Positions 1-8,773 of a stretch of DNA of 64,000 bases are shown here, in pieces. The notes beneath the pieces are model-generated. The model searched no databases. It saw only the letters and a program-made list of their open reading frames with translations, and was not told where the DNA came from. The stretch covers positions 225,080 through 289,079 of the forward strand of contig CAWBYW010000004.1 of assembly GCA_963792965.1 (NCBI GenBank), given 5' to 3'. Source of the stretch: an uncultured delta proteobacterium (GTDB taxonomy: Bacteria > Desulfobacterota > Zymogenia > Zymogenales > Zymogenaceae). How positions within the stretch are numbered: the first letter of the stretch is position 1; each line of letters starts with the position of its first letter. A program made the position numbers and the translations under genes.

Positions 1-73
1 TCTGTGTCGTTGCGCAGCTTGCGGCGATGAGCGAAAAAAAGACCAGCGTTAAGAGTCCTCTCATCCGCGTCAC
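1..73 (-). CDS. 5' end of a probable lipoprotein (runs off the window)
   Basis: Reverse strand reads (V/M)TRMRGLLTLVFFSLIAASCATTQ: a signal peptide with a lipobox-like AASC. GGGGG RBS-like run before GTG at 73; alternative ATG at 64. Not in the ORF track. Confidence 0.6.
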   Translation of the reverse strand, partial: MTRMRGLLTLVFFSLIAASCATTQ

Positions 74-207
74 GACGACCCCCTTAAAAGATGTTGTGGT
101 GGGAGATCACGCCGATGTCGATCGGCGCGATTGATGCCCCTTATTATATCGGCAACGGCCTTATCCATCAAGACAAAAAAAGGTCCATGAAAGTTCGATA
201 ATCATGG

Positions 208-236
208 TTGACAACGGTTCTGTCGTCGGTTACTAT
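208..236 (+). promoter_or_regulatory. sigma70-type promoter for the ECF sigma gene
   Basis: TTGACA (208-213), 17-nt spacer, TACTAT (231-236). Confidence 0.6.
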
Positions 237-273
237 TGAAAAATTGAAACGATTTTCCTGATCTCACATCTAT

Positions 274-879
274 ATGAATGATTACAAGATAATGACCGAC
301 GAGGCGCTCGTAAAAAGGGCGCAGGAAAAAGATTACGGCGCTTTCGAAGAATTAGTCAAGCGCTACGAAGGGAAGATTTACGGCCACAGCCTGAGGCTTC
401 TGGGGAACCGTGAAGATGCAGAGGATGCACTTCAGGAGACTTTTCTCAATGCCTTTCGTGCACTTTCGAATTTTCGGGGGGATTCAACTTTCTCAACGTG
501 GATTTATCGCATAGCCACCAATAACGCGCTCATGCGGATCAGGAAGTCGTCGCGCGGCCAGCGGGAGCTCGACGATGAGCTGCCGCCGCCGGAATCGATG
601 AAGAAGCAGGCGCTGGCAAGCCACATTCTGAGTCCCAAGGATGCGATCCTCGAAAAGGAGGTCATCCAAGAGCTGGATAAGGCGGTGGAGCGGCTTCCGG
701 AAAAATATCGGTCGATCTTTCTCCTCAGGGACGTAGAAGAGTTCTCGACCGAAAAAACGGCCGAGATCCTCGGCATATCGGAGGCGGCGGTTAAATCGCG
801 GCTCCATAGGGCGCGCCTTTTCCTCAGGGAGGCGCTCCTTCGAAAATTCGAGGGGAACGTTGGCTCGGATTTTGACTAA
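274..879 (+). CDS. ECF (sigma-70 group 4) RNA polymerase sigma factor
   Basis: Region 2 motifs (AFEELVKRY, DAEDALQETF, FSTWIYRIATN) and region 4 motif (AEILGISEAAVKSRLHRAR). Confidence 0.95.
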   Translation: MNDYKIMTDEALVKRAQEKDYGAFEELVKRYEGKIYGHSLRLLGNREDAEDALQETFLNAFRALSNFRGDSTFSTWIYRIATNNALMRIRKSSRGQRELDDELPPPESMKKQALASHILSPKDAILEKEVIQELDKAVERLPEKYRSIFLLRDVEEFSTEKTAEILGISEAAVKSRLHRARLFLREALLRKFEGNVGSDFD

Positions 880-931
880 TGGTCATAATCGCAGGGCGGG
901 CATCGTTGACGGGCTATAGTATCACAAGGTA

Positions 932-1207
932 ATGGGTGAACAGATCATGTCTGAACATCATGAGTGCGACGACTGCAAGAAGATATTCGAGAGGCTTTCG
1001 GAGTATATTGACAAGGAACTGGATCAGGAAGAATGCATTGTCTTCGAACAGCACATGAAAGACTGTAAGCCGTGCCTCGAGTTCCTCGAGAGTCTCAATT
1101 ACACCGTGCGGCTTTCCCGACATATCGATTCCCAGGAAACCTACCGGTTACCCCGAGACGTCAGCGTTAAGCTTCACGATTTCCTGAAAAAAGAGTGTAA
1201 GGTCTAA
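932..1207 (+). CDS. Zinc-binding anti-sigma factor (ZAS / zf-HC2), soluble
   Basis: LSEYIDKEL...HMKDCKPC (HxxxCxxC), an extra N-terminal CxxC, no TM helix, directly downstream of the ECF sigma. Confidence 0.88.
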   Translation: MGEQIMSEHHECDDCKKIFERLSEYIDKELDQEECIVFEQHMKDCKPCLEFLESLNYTVRLSRHIDSQETYRLPRDVSVKLHDFLKKECKV

Positions 1208-1335
1208 GCATCCGTTCCGGCCTCTCGGGCCGGTGAATCCGCTATTCCCGCACACCTGGCGGCGGCCGCCGGATTGGCTCCGGCCTGGGACATGCCGAAA
1301 GAAAAGATGTAACGAATCTGTAAGGGTTTTTACCG

Positions 1336-2304
1336 ATGGTTGAGCCGAAATACGATGTGGTCATTATCGGGGCGGGTCCCGCGGGACTCTCGGCCGGGCT
1401 CTATGCCGCACGGGGAGGCCTGTCGACCGTTGTCCTTGAACGGATGTCCTTGGGAGGGCATGCCGCGTTGACCGATCTCATCGAGAACTACCCCGGGTTC
1501 CCTCAGGGGATCGTGGGACCGGAGCTTACCGCCAACATGGAGGCTCAGGCCAGGGAGTTCGGGGCGGCCTTCAAAACGGTTGGCGAGGTAAGCCGAATCG
1601 AGATCCGCGACGGAGCGTTCACGGTCAGTGCCGGAGACGAGACGTTTGCCTCGAAGGCGGTCATCGTGGCATCAGGCGCCGACCAAACAAGGCTGGGCGT
1701 TCCCGGGGAGGAGCGACTGATCGGCAGGGGCGTGAGCTACTGCGCCGTCTGCGACGGGGCCTTCTTCAAGGACGTGGACGTGGCGGTCGTCGGGGGAGGA
1801 AACTCCGCCGTCGAGGAATCCCTCTATCTGACGCGGTACGCCAAGAAGGTATTTCTTATCCACCGGCGGGACCGCTTCCGGGCCGACAAGATCCTCATCG
1901 ACCGGGCGCTCGGCCACCCGAAGATCGAGATCATCCTTTCCAGCGTGATCGAGGAGATCATAGGTGAAAACGGGGTGAAATCGGCGAGGATCAAGAACGT
2001 TCAGACCAACGAGACAAAAATCCTTCCCGTCGAGGGGATCTTTATCTATGCCGGCTTTAAGCCGAACACCGATTTCCTGGCGGGGATGGTGGCGCTCGAC
2101 GGAGTTGGTTGCATCGTGACCGACGCCGAGATGGCGACGAACGTCCCCGGGCTTTTCGCAGCCGGAGACGTTCGGTCAAAGAACCTGCGTCAAGTCGTCA
2201 CGGCTGCGGGCGACGGCGCGACCGCCGCCTTTTCGGCCGAGAAGTATATCGAGAAGATCGAAAACCGCGACTATGGTGCATTTAAATCAAAACAGCAAAG
2301 GTGA
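1336..2304 (+). CDS. trxB: Thioredoxin-disulfide reductase
   Basis: GAGPAG FAD motif, GRGVSYCAVCDG redox CxxC, GGGNSAVEE NADPH motif, GLFAAGD. Confidence 0.96.
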   Translation: MVEPKYDVVIIGAGPAGLSAGLYAARGGLSTVVLERMSLGGHAALTDLIENYPGFPQGIVGPELTANMEAQAREFGAAFKTVGEVSRIEIRDGAFTVSAGDETFASKAVIVASGADQTRLGVPGEERLIGRGVSYCAVCDGAFFKDVDVAVVGGGNSAVEESLYLTRYAKKVFLIHRRDRFRADKILIDRALGHPKIEIILSSVIEEIIGENGVKSARIKNVQTNETKILPVEGIFIYAGFKPNTDFLAGMVALDGVGCIVTDAEMATNVPGLFAAGDVRSKNLRQVVTAAGDGATAAFSAEKYIEKIENRDYGAFKSKQQR

Positions 2305-2312
2305 GACAATCT

Positions 2313-2525
2313 ATGCCGATCTACGAATATCGCTGTAAAGCCTGCAAGAAAGTATTTGAGGTGATTCAGAAGGCGGGCGAGGGGTCCGACGACGTGAGTT
2401 GTCCTTCGTGCTGAGCGAAAGATCCCGAGAAATTGATATCGTCCTGTTGTGCTCCCTCGTCAGGCACGAAGGAAGGTACACCGAGTGCGCCGTCCTGCGG
2501 CTCGCGAAGGTTCTCCTGACGGTAG
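2313..2525 (+). CDS. FmdB-family zinc-ribbon protein with in-frame TGA codons (candidate selenoprotein)
   Basis: ATG 2313 with AGGTGA RBS. Reads MPIYEYRCKACKKVFEV...CPSC*AKDPEKLISSCC...SCGSRRFS*R then TAG (2523-2525). TGAs at 2412 and 2517. Missed by the ORF track. Confidence 0.8.
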
Positions 2526-2529
2526 GTGC

Positions 2530-2548
2530 GCTTCTGAGGCTCAGAAGC
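2530..2548 (+). other. SECIS-like hairpin
   Basis: GCTTCTGA-GGC-TCAGAAGC; the G-containing loop starts 18 nt after the TGA at 2517-2519. Confidence 0.6.
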
Positions 2549-2832
2549 AAGATCTTATCTTAAGAATATGTGGACTGCGTACGCGTCGCACATCTGATTT
2601 GTCAAGAAAGGTATCACGCCGAAGCCCCCGCCCCATCCCGCCCAGTTTCCAGGCCGACTTCCGCGCGCGCGTCCTCACATCCGCGGCAACGCCCGTTGCT
2701 TATCCCGGGTAGACGCTCAGGTCGCGGGCCGTCTTTCCGAGCTCACCGCGCAATAATCAACGATACGTCCGATGCAGGCAAGATGCCGGGACTGGCGGCC
2801 CTTTGGGGCCGCGCAAGGAGAAAGACGGCCGT

Positions 2833-3240
2833 CTACTGCTTCCGGTCTGCGGAGTCAAGCCAGTTGTCTGCTTCCTCCACCGTATTGAACTGCCTCATTT
2901 TCTCTTCCATGTGTGCTTCCCTCAAGACCCGTGATCCGGCGATCTTCAGAATGGCCTGATCGATCACCTGCGCCTGGCATTTCATGCCGGCATTCTCCAC
3001 AGCTTTGAGGTTTTCCATGTGGAGGTCTATAACATCGGCCGGGGGTGTTTTCATCTCCCGCATGTCGAGCAAAACCGTAAAGCCCGGCAGCAGCATATCA
3101 AGACACTTCCTGTTATCGATCCTGTAGTCCGGGACAACCGATACATCTTTCCAGAAACCGCGAAATGTCCAATACATTCTGTTCCTGCCCTTGTCCACGT
3201 ACGCGTCGTAATATTCGTTTTCGGCTACCATTTGTTTCAT
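2833..3240 (-). CDS. Hypothetical protein, possibly STAS/SpoIIAA-like fold
   Basis: 135-aa ORF with AAGGAG RBS. The pattern GFW...VLLDMREMK...F.TVEEA..WLD resembles SpoIIAA-like small proteins (recognised from memory). Confidence 0.6.
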   Translation of the reverse strand: MKQMVAENEYYDAYVDKGRNRMYWTFRGFWKDVSVVPDYRIDNRKCLDMLLPGFTVLLDMREMKTPPADVIDLHMENLKAVENAGMKCQAQVIDQAILKIAGSRVLREAHMEEKMRQFNTVEEADNWLDSADRKQ

Positions 3241-3765
3241 GAGATGCTCCTTTAGCTATATTGAGTTATATAGAAGTATGGGTGAGAATATCCTAAAGCA
3301 AAAGCTGTGCTTATTGTCAGGCCTCGGTCATCCTTAATTGTTCAACGATTACGGGTAAATAGGCCGACAGGGATTACCTAATACAGTTCGGCGCGGCACA
3401 GTCCGTGGCTTTTGCGGCATATGATCGATGAGTATATCGCTATTTCTCAATAATAACGGTACGTTACGGAATATGCGAGAAAGCGGGCACCGCTGAAAAA
3501 AAGTATGCACGGTAGATACCCCGACGGATGGTCTCTTCATTTTCGCGTGTAACAGGCGCGGCGCGGGAGCGAGAGAGCGATTTTGGCAGAGGAAAACATC
3601 GGCGTCTTTCCGTGGCCGCCTGATTCTTTCTTAGGCGCGGGAAGGCAGGCCGGTTGGTTACAAGGGATGGGACTCTGCCGTGTATCAAAAAGATGTTGAA
3701 CAGATGGCTGCACTATGATATGAAATATCTTTGTACTTTTCGGCTAAATTTGTGGAGTTTTGCCA

Positions 3766-5094
3766 ATGAAGATCGCGGTTATCGGGATGGGATACGTAGG
3801 GATACCCTGTGCGGCGCTCCTTGCCGATGTGGACGGTTTTGACGTCACGGGCGTCCAGAGGCGATCACCTCGGAGCGGCTGGAAGATCGACGCTATCAAC
3901 GCGGGCCGCTCCCCCATCGAGGGGGACGAGCCCGGCCTCGAGGATCTGATCGCCAAGGTGGTGAAGAAGGGGACGTTTCGCGTGACGGATGATTTTTCGG
4001 CGCTCAAAGACATGGACACGATCCTCATCGACGTGCAGACCCCCACCGACGGCACGGGCCACGAGCCGCAGTACCTTTCCCTCAAGGAGGTCGCGCGCGA
4101 GATCGGGACGTATATCAGAAAGGGCGTGCTCATCATCACGGAGTCGACGGTCGCCCCTGGAACCACGGAAAACGTCGTAAAACCGATCCTTGAAAGAAAG
4201 TCAGGGCTGACCGCCGGCAAGGACTTCGGACTTGCCTACTCCTATGAGCGTGTCATGCCGGGAAAACTTCTCGAATACATCGTGAACCTTCCGCGGATAG
4301 TCGGCGGTATCGATAGGGAAAGCGAAAGAAGGGCACGTGAGCTCTACGCGACCATCGTCAAGGCTTCGATCCATACGACCGATGTGTTGACCGCGGAGAC
4401 GACAAAAACCATCGAAAACGCGTACCGGGATGTGAACATCGCCTTTTCAAACGAGATGGCCCTCATCTGCGAAAGCCTCGGTATCGACGTCTTCGAGGTG
4501 CAGCGGCTCATCAACACCCGCGCGGAGCGGATGATGCACTTCCCGGGGGCCGGCGTCGGCGGCCACTGTCTCCCGAAGGATACGTGGCTGCTCCTGTACG
4601 GCCTCAACACATACGGCAAGAAAAAGGTCAAGACGCATTTCGTGGAGCTGGCCCGCAGCATCAACGAGTCGATGCCGCACCATCTTGTGGATCTCCTCAC
4701 CGAGTGCCTCAAGGCAAAGGGGAAGATCTACCCCGATGTTAAGGTTCTCGTCTTAGGGGTGGCCTACCTCGAAAATTCCGACGACACCCGAAACACCCCG
4801 GCCTATGACCTTGTAGCCGCGCTTTCGGCCCACGGTGCCGATATTATCGCGCACGATCCCTTTGTTCGGGAGTTTCCCGAAGCGGAGCTGACCAAGGACC
4901 TCATGGGGGGCGCCAAAGGGGCCGATGCCCTTGTGATCGTAACCAAACACAAAGAGTACTACGGCATGGATCTGGGCGCGCTGCGAAAGCTAATGCGCAC
5001 GCCCATCATCATAGACGGGAGGGACGTGGTCGATCCGAAAAAGGCCGCGGCGGCGGGGTTCCTCTACAAAGGCATCGGCAAGGGAAACGCCTGA
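3766..5094 (+). CDS. Nucleotide-sugar (UDP-GlcNAc/ManNAc-type) 6-dehydrogenase
   Basis: GMGYVG Rossmann motif, ESTVAPGTT, ENAYRDVNIAFSNE, GVGGHCLPKD catalytic Cys motif. Confidence 0.92.
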   Translation: MKIAVIGMGYVGIPCAALLADVDGFDVTGVQRRSPRSGWKIDAINAGRSPIEGDEPGLEDLIAKVVKKGTFRVTDDFSALKDMDTILIDVQTPTDGTGHEPQYLSLKEVAREIGTYIRKGVLIITESTVAPGTTENVVKPILERKSGLTAGKDFGLAYSYERVMPGKLLEYIVNLPRIVGGIDRESERRARELYATIVKASIHTTDVLTAETTKTIENAYRDVNIAFSNEMALICESLGIDVFEVQRLINTRAERMMHFPGAGVGGHCLPKDTWLLLYGLNTYGKKKVKTHFVELARSINESMPHHLVDLLTECLKAKGKIYPDVKVLVLGVAYLENSDDTRNTPAYDLVAALSAHGADIIAHDPFVREFPEAELTKDLMGGAKGADALVIVTKHKEYYGMDLGALRKLMRTPIIIDGRDVVDPKKAAAAGFLYKGIGKGNA

Positions 5095-5241
5095 CAGCGA
5101 GGATCGTTACATCAGTGTGGTGGTCGACCCCGAGGGAGAGTTCGTCGACGACAAGGGAGATAACCGGGAGGGGGCTTGGGTAGTGGTAAGGTAATCAGGA
5201 AATGATCAAATATTAAAAGTTCTTAATCTACATTTTTTCCC

Positions 5242-5270
5242 TTGAAATAACGGGGGTGCGGTGATATAAA
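5242..5270 (+). promoter_or_regulatory. sigma70-type promoter for skp
   Basis: TTGAAA, 17-nt spacer, TATAAA with a TGn extension. Confidence 0.5.
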
Positions 5271-5363
5271 CAGAAATCTGTTGTAGACCGCATGCTTGGA
5301 TGCGGTCTTGGGTTTTTGGGCTAACAAGAACTGGGAAAGAATAAAAAAAGGAAGGAGTATTTA

Positions 5364-5876
5364 ATGAAGAGAATCAGCTTTTTGGTTGCGATCCTCGTCG
5401 TTCTCTTTTTCTCGCTGTCCCTCTACGCAGCGGAAACAAAGGTAGGCGTGCTGGATCTTATGAAAGTCATTGACCTTTCCACGCAGGGCAAGAAGGCAAA
5501 AGACGAGATGAACGCGAAGATCAAGGCCGCCGAGAACCAGGTAAAATCGAAACAGGACGAGCTTCTCAAGATGAAGGCCGACGTCGAAAAACAGGCGCCT
5601 ATGCTTTCAGCCACCGCCCTGGCCGAAAAGAAGAGAGCATATGAAGATAAGCTCTTGGCATTCCAGAGGATGGTCCAGGATTATGAATACGAACTGCAGC
5701 AGAAAGACTTCGAGCTCGCGCAGATCATCTTGACTCAGACCAAGGATATCATCGACAAGATCGGTAAGGAAGACGGATACACGATTATCCTTGAGAGAAC
5801 CAACTCGGCCGTACTTTATTTCCCGGCCAGCGCCGATATTACCGATAAAGTCATCAAGGCACTCAACGCCAAGTAA
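5364..5876 (+). CDS. skp: OmpH/Skp periplasmic chaperone
   Basis: Signal peptide, KVGVLDL, coiled-coil body, C-terminal GYTIILE...DITDKVIKALN. Confidence 0.9.
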   Translation: MKRISFLVAILVVLFFSLSLYAAETKVGVLDLMKVIDLSTQGKKAKDEMNAKIKAAENQVKSKQDELLKMKADVEKQAPMLSATALAEKKRAYEDKLLAFQRMVQDYEYELQQKDFELAQIILTQTKDIIDKIGKEDGYTIILERTNSAVLYFPASADITDKVIKALNAK

Positions 5877-5898
5877 TCGGCCTCACGTAATAGAGCGT

Positions 5899-5930
5899 AA
5901 AAAACCCGCCCCTTCGGGACGGGTTTTTTT
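5899..5930 (+). terminator. Intrinsic terminator, likely bidirectional (skp / pilin)
   Basis: AAAAAACCCG-cCCCTTCGGGa-CGGGTTTTTTT hairpin with an A-run and a T-run. Confidence 0.85.
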
Positions 5931-6043
5931 ATTGTAATGATGACACGGGGCGAATTAGCTTGGTTCATCGTTGACGGGCGGCGCCATGCGGTCGGCTGTG
6001 TCGAGGCGGGAGGCGATCCATCGCGGATACGGCGGCATTTTCG

Positions 6044-6475
6044 CTACTTGCAGGTAAACGGATAGGGTTGGAATTCGTGGGTGAGGTCGTTATATATGTT
6101 CCAGGCTTCCCTGCTGCAGTCCGTCACCACCCAGATATCATCGATGCCGTCGTGATTCAGATCGGCCGAGCAGCTGGCCGTGAAGTGAAAACTGTCTCCG
6201 GAGATATTGAGATACCAATTCTTGTAATATTTCGGCTCGGACGCGGGGGAAAAGCTGATCTGATGAAAGTTACTGGCATATACCGAATGTTCCCCGAAAT
6301 AGGCGAGCTCACTTTCATAAACGCCGGTAAGGAGGACGCGTGCCTCGGTCTGGCGGGACTTGTTCTGATAGGTGAGGTAATTCGGAATGGCTATCGCGGC
6401 AAGTATCGCCACGATAGCAACGACAATCATCAATTCGATAAGGGTAAAGCCGGATTCTTTAGTATCTTTTTCCAT
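6044..6475 (-). CDS. Type IV pilin (PilA-like), aromatic-rich
   Basis: Start at 6475 (MEKDTKESG). Class III signal [23 protein letters not shown] with E5 and P22; 134-aa mature protein. Confidence 0.92.
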   Translation of the reverse strand: MEKDTKESGFTLIELMIVVAIVAILAAIAIPNYLTYQNKSRQTEARVLLTGVYESELAYFGEHSVYASNFHQISFSPASEPKYYKNWYLNISGDSFHFTASCSADLNHDGIDDIWVVTDCSREAWNIYNDLTHEFQPYPFTCK

Positions 6476-6511
6476 AGCGCTTCTTGTGGTAAGGTAACAG
6501 GAATATTTAAA

Positions 6512-6527
6512 AGCAAATAGCATGCCA
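6512..6527 (-). promoter_or_regulatory. sigma54 (RpoN) promoter for the pilin
   Basis: Minus strand TGGCATGCTATTTGCT matches GG-N10-GC (-24/-12), about 36 nt upstream of the pilin ATG. Confidence 0.8.
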
Positions 6528-6713
6528 TGGCGCCGCGCTCCATGATTTGAAGTCGCTGTCTAAGAACCTATGATTATTGTATTTATCGGACGACATCACT
6601 CTCATCTTTTCAGGAAACGGAAGAGATGTTTATAGAATTGATGAATTGTAAATAGGTTTGCAATTCTGCAAATTATGTCCGAGAGTGCCGGTTCTTGCGA
6701 CTGAAAAAAAGTC

Positions 6714-6742
6714 TTGACAAGTCTTTTCACTCTCTGTATAGT
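6714..6742 (+). promoter_or_regulatory. sigma70 promoter for the trp leader / trpB2
   Basis: TTGACA (6714-6719), 17-nt spacer, TATAGT (6737-6742). Confidence 0.8.
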
Positions 6743-6769
6743 GAGGACAAAGTGGGGTTAATATTAATA

Positions 6770-6850
6770 ATGATAAGTGAGATCGAAAGAACGCAGCGGA
6801 AGAATTGGGTGTGGCGCACGCACATAGGTGCTTTGGTCCGCCCGGTGTAA
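6770..6850 (+). CDS. Tryptophan attenuator leader peptide (TrpL-like)
   Basis: MISEIERTQRKNWVWRTHIGALVRPV*, with Trp codons at 6806 and 6812, between the promoter and the terminators upstream of trpB2. An in-frame GTG at 6752 is an alternative start. Confidence 0.8.
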   Translation: MISEIERTQRKNWVWRTHIGALVRPV

Positions 6851-6862
6851 AATAGAACGATC

Positions 6863-6897
6863 GGCCGTGGGCGACCAAAGTCGCCCACGGCCTTTTT
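6863..6897 (+). terminator. Attenuator terminator 1
   Basis: 13-bp stem GGCCGTGGGCGAC-CAAA-GTCGCCCACGGCC followed by TTTTT. Confidence 0.85.
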
Positions 6898-6907
6898 ATA
6901 TCAACAG

Positions 6908-6944
6908 AAGGCCGTGAGTAGATATCACGGCCTTTTTTATTTTT
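6908..6944 (+). terminator. Attenuator terminator 2
   Basis: AAGGCCGTGA-GTAGATA-TCACGGCCTT followed by TTTTATTTTT. Confidence 0.85.
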
Positions 6945-7044
6945 CGATGCGAAAGGGGGTGATCGCCGCATGAGGCGTCGGTGGAAATGGGAATAATCGG
7001 CTTAGTTTGTATAGATTCATCACTATCATGAAATGGAGAAGAAG

Positions 7045-8409
7045 ATGACTGACAAGAGAATAAACTTGACTCGGGCCGAGATGCCCACGAAATGGTACAA
7101 CATCGTGGCCGATCTCCCGGTGCCGATGAAGCCGGTCCTCAGCCCGAGGACGCTTGAGCCCGCCACTGCTGATGACTTCGCCCCCATCTTTCCGATGACC
7201 ATCATAGAGCAGGAGATGAGCGACAAGCAGTACATCCCGATCCCTGAAGAGGTCCTGGAGGCGTACACGATCTATCGGCCGACCCCGTTGGTCAGGGCGA
7301 CCGGGCTTGAGAAATATCTCGATACGCCCGCGAAGATCTACTTCAAGAACGAGAGCGTATCGCCGGCTGGGTCTCACAAGCCGAACACGGCCATTCCCCA
7401 GGCCTTCTACAACAAGAAGGCCGGCATGAAACGGATGTCTACGGAGACGGGAGCGGGCCAGTGGGGGAGCGCGCTTGCCTTTGCGGGCTCACTGTTCGGG
7501 ATCGATGTAACCGTCTATATGGTCCGGATTTCTTTCGAGCAGAAGCCCTATCGAAAGTCGATGATTCAAACATGGGGCGGCACGATATTCCCGAGCCCAA
7601 GCGACAAAACGGAAGTAGGAAAAGCCCTCCTCAAGGAGAATCCCAACACGATGGGCACGCTCGGCATGGCGATATCGGAGGCGGTCTTCGACGCGGCGAC
7701 CCACGACGACACCAACTATTCCATCGGCAGCGTCCTCAACCACGTCTGTATGCACCAGACCATCGTAGGGCAGGAGGCGATGCTTCAGATGAAAAAGGCC
7801 GGAGACTATCCGGACGTCCTCATCGGGTGTGTCGGCGGAGGGAGCAACTTCGCAGGGATAGCTAATCCCTTCGTGCGGGAGAAAATCAAAGGGAATAAGG
7901 ACACGAAGATCATAGCCGTCGAGCCCTTCTCGTGTCCGACCCTTACCAAGGGGGTCTATGCCTACGACTTTGGGGATACCGCCATGGTTGCGCCGGTGGC
8001 CTATATGTACACACTCGGGCACACCTTTGAGCCGCCCGGAATCCATGCGGGCGGGCTGCGCTATCACGGCATGGCGCCGACCGTCTGCCTTCTCTACGAC
8101 CAGAAGCTTATAGACGCGGTGGCGGTGCACCAGAACGCATGCTTCGAGGCGGCGGTTACCTTTGCGCGTACCGAGGGGATCATTCCCGCCCCGGAGTCCT
8201 CACACGCCATCAGGGTGGCGATAGACGAAGCCCTTAAGGCCAAGAAGGAAGGAAAGAAGAAGGTTATCCTCTTCAATCTCTCCGGTCACGGGCACTTCGA
8301 TATGGTGGCCTATGATAAATACTTCGCGGGTCAACTGGAGGACTATGAATATCCGTCGGAGAAGATAAAAGAGGCCCTCGCGCACCTTCCCAAGGCTCAC
8401 GTCGGATAA
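7045..8409 (+). CDS. trpB2: Tryptophan synthase beta chain type 2 (stand-alone TrpB2)
   Basis: PTKWYNI N-terminus, [11 protein letters not shown] lysine, [36 protein letters not shown]; no trpA nearby. Confidence 0.93.
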   Translation: MTDKRINLTRAEMPTKWYNIVADLPVPMKPVLSPRTLEPATADDFAPIFPMTIIEQEMSDKQYIPIPEEVLEAYTIYRPTPLVRATGLEKYLDTPAKIYFKNESVSPAGSHKPNTAIPQAFYNKKAGMKRMSTETGAGQWGSALAFAGSLFGIDVTVYMVRISFEQKPYRKSMIQTWGGTIFPSPSDKTEVGKALLKENPNTMGTLGMAISEAVFDAATHDDTNYSIGSVLNHVCMHQTIVGQEAMLQMKKAGDYPDVLIGCVGGGSNFAGIANPFVREKIKGNKDTKIIAVEPFSCPTLTKGVYAYDFGDTAMVAPVAYMYTLGHTFEPPGIHAGGLRYHGMAPTVCLLYDQKLIDAVAVHQNACFEAAVTFARTEGIIPAPESSHAIRVAIDEALKAKKEGKKKVILFNLSGHGHFDMVAYDKYFAGQLEDYEYPSEKIKEALAHLPKAHVG

Positions 8410-8433
8410 CGAGCTTAAGCCAAGGGCTTTCCG

Positions 8434-8469
8434 AGGGGCCGCAGGCCGCACGCCTGCGGCCCCTTTCTT
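8434..8469 (+). terminator. Terminator after trpB2
   Basis: AGGGGCCGCAGGC-CGCAC-GCCTGCGGCCCCT followed by TTCTT. Confidence 0.7.
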
Positions 8470-8622
8470 ATCCACGACGGCGGGAGTAGAGTGGCCCATC
8501 GGGCGTGCCGCTCATTCGTTTAACCCTGTGCCGGGACCTTCGGTCATCCGGCTCAGCTCAATTAGCCGTGCTCTATTGCCAATCGAGGGGCACAACAGAG
8601 CCGTGCGGCGGCGCGCAGCCTG

Positions 8623-8646
8623 TTTTTGTGATCTAAGGCACAAAAA
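8623..8646. promoter_or_regulatory. CRP-like binding site
   Basis: TTTT-TGTGA-TCTAAG-GCACA-AAAA: one core mismatch from TGTGA-N6-TCACA, upstream of an operon that encodes a CRP/FNR-family protein. Confidence 0.65.
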
Positions 8647-8773
8647 GGGGGTAAATGTAATAAGAAAGAGTGAATTGTTATTTCCTTTCCCCGGCATGAT
8701 ATGATATTATTTCAACAGTAATGATTGACCGTATGGGTCCAGCGAGTATTATTGGTAGTGTGGAGAGCGGCAG

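Noticed and set aside
2311-2959. ORF-track calls 2311-2550(-), 2449-2712(+) and 2570-2959(+)
   Set aside because: No motifs; the region is better explained by the FmdB-type ORF at 2313 and the convergent gene ending at 2833.
3300-3380. Hairpin TGTCAGGCCT...AGGCCGACA upstream of the 2833-3240 gene as a c-di-GMP riboswitch
   Set aside because: Lacks the conserved GEMM features (GCAAA, GNRA tetraloop and receptor); only a generic stem.
6630-6971. 113-aa minus-strand ORF upstream of the pilin
   Set aside because: Overlaps the trpB2 promoter, leader peptide and terminators on the opposite strand; not protein-like.
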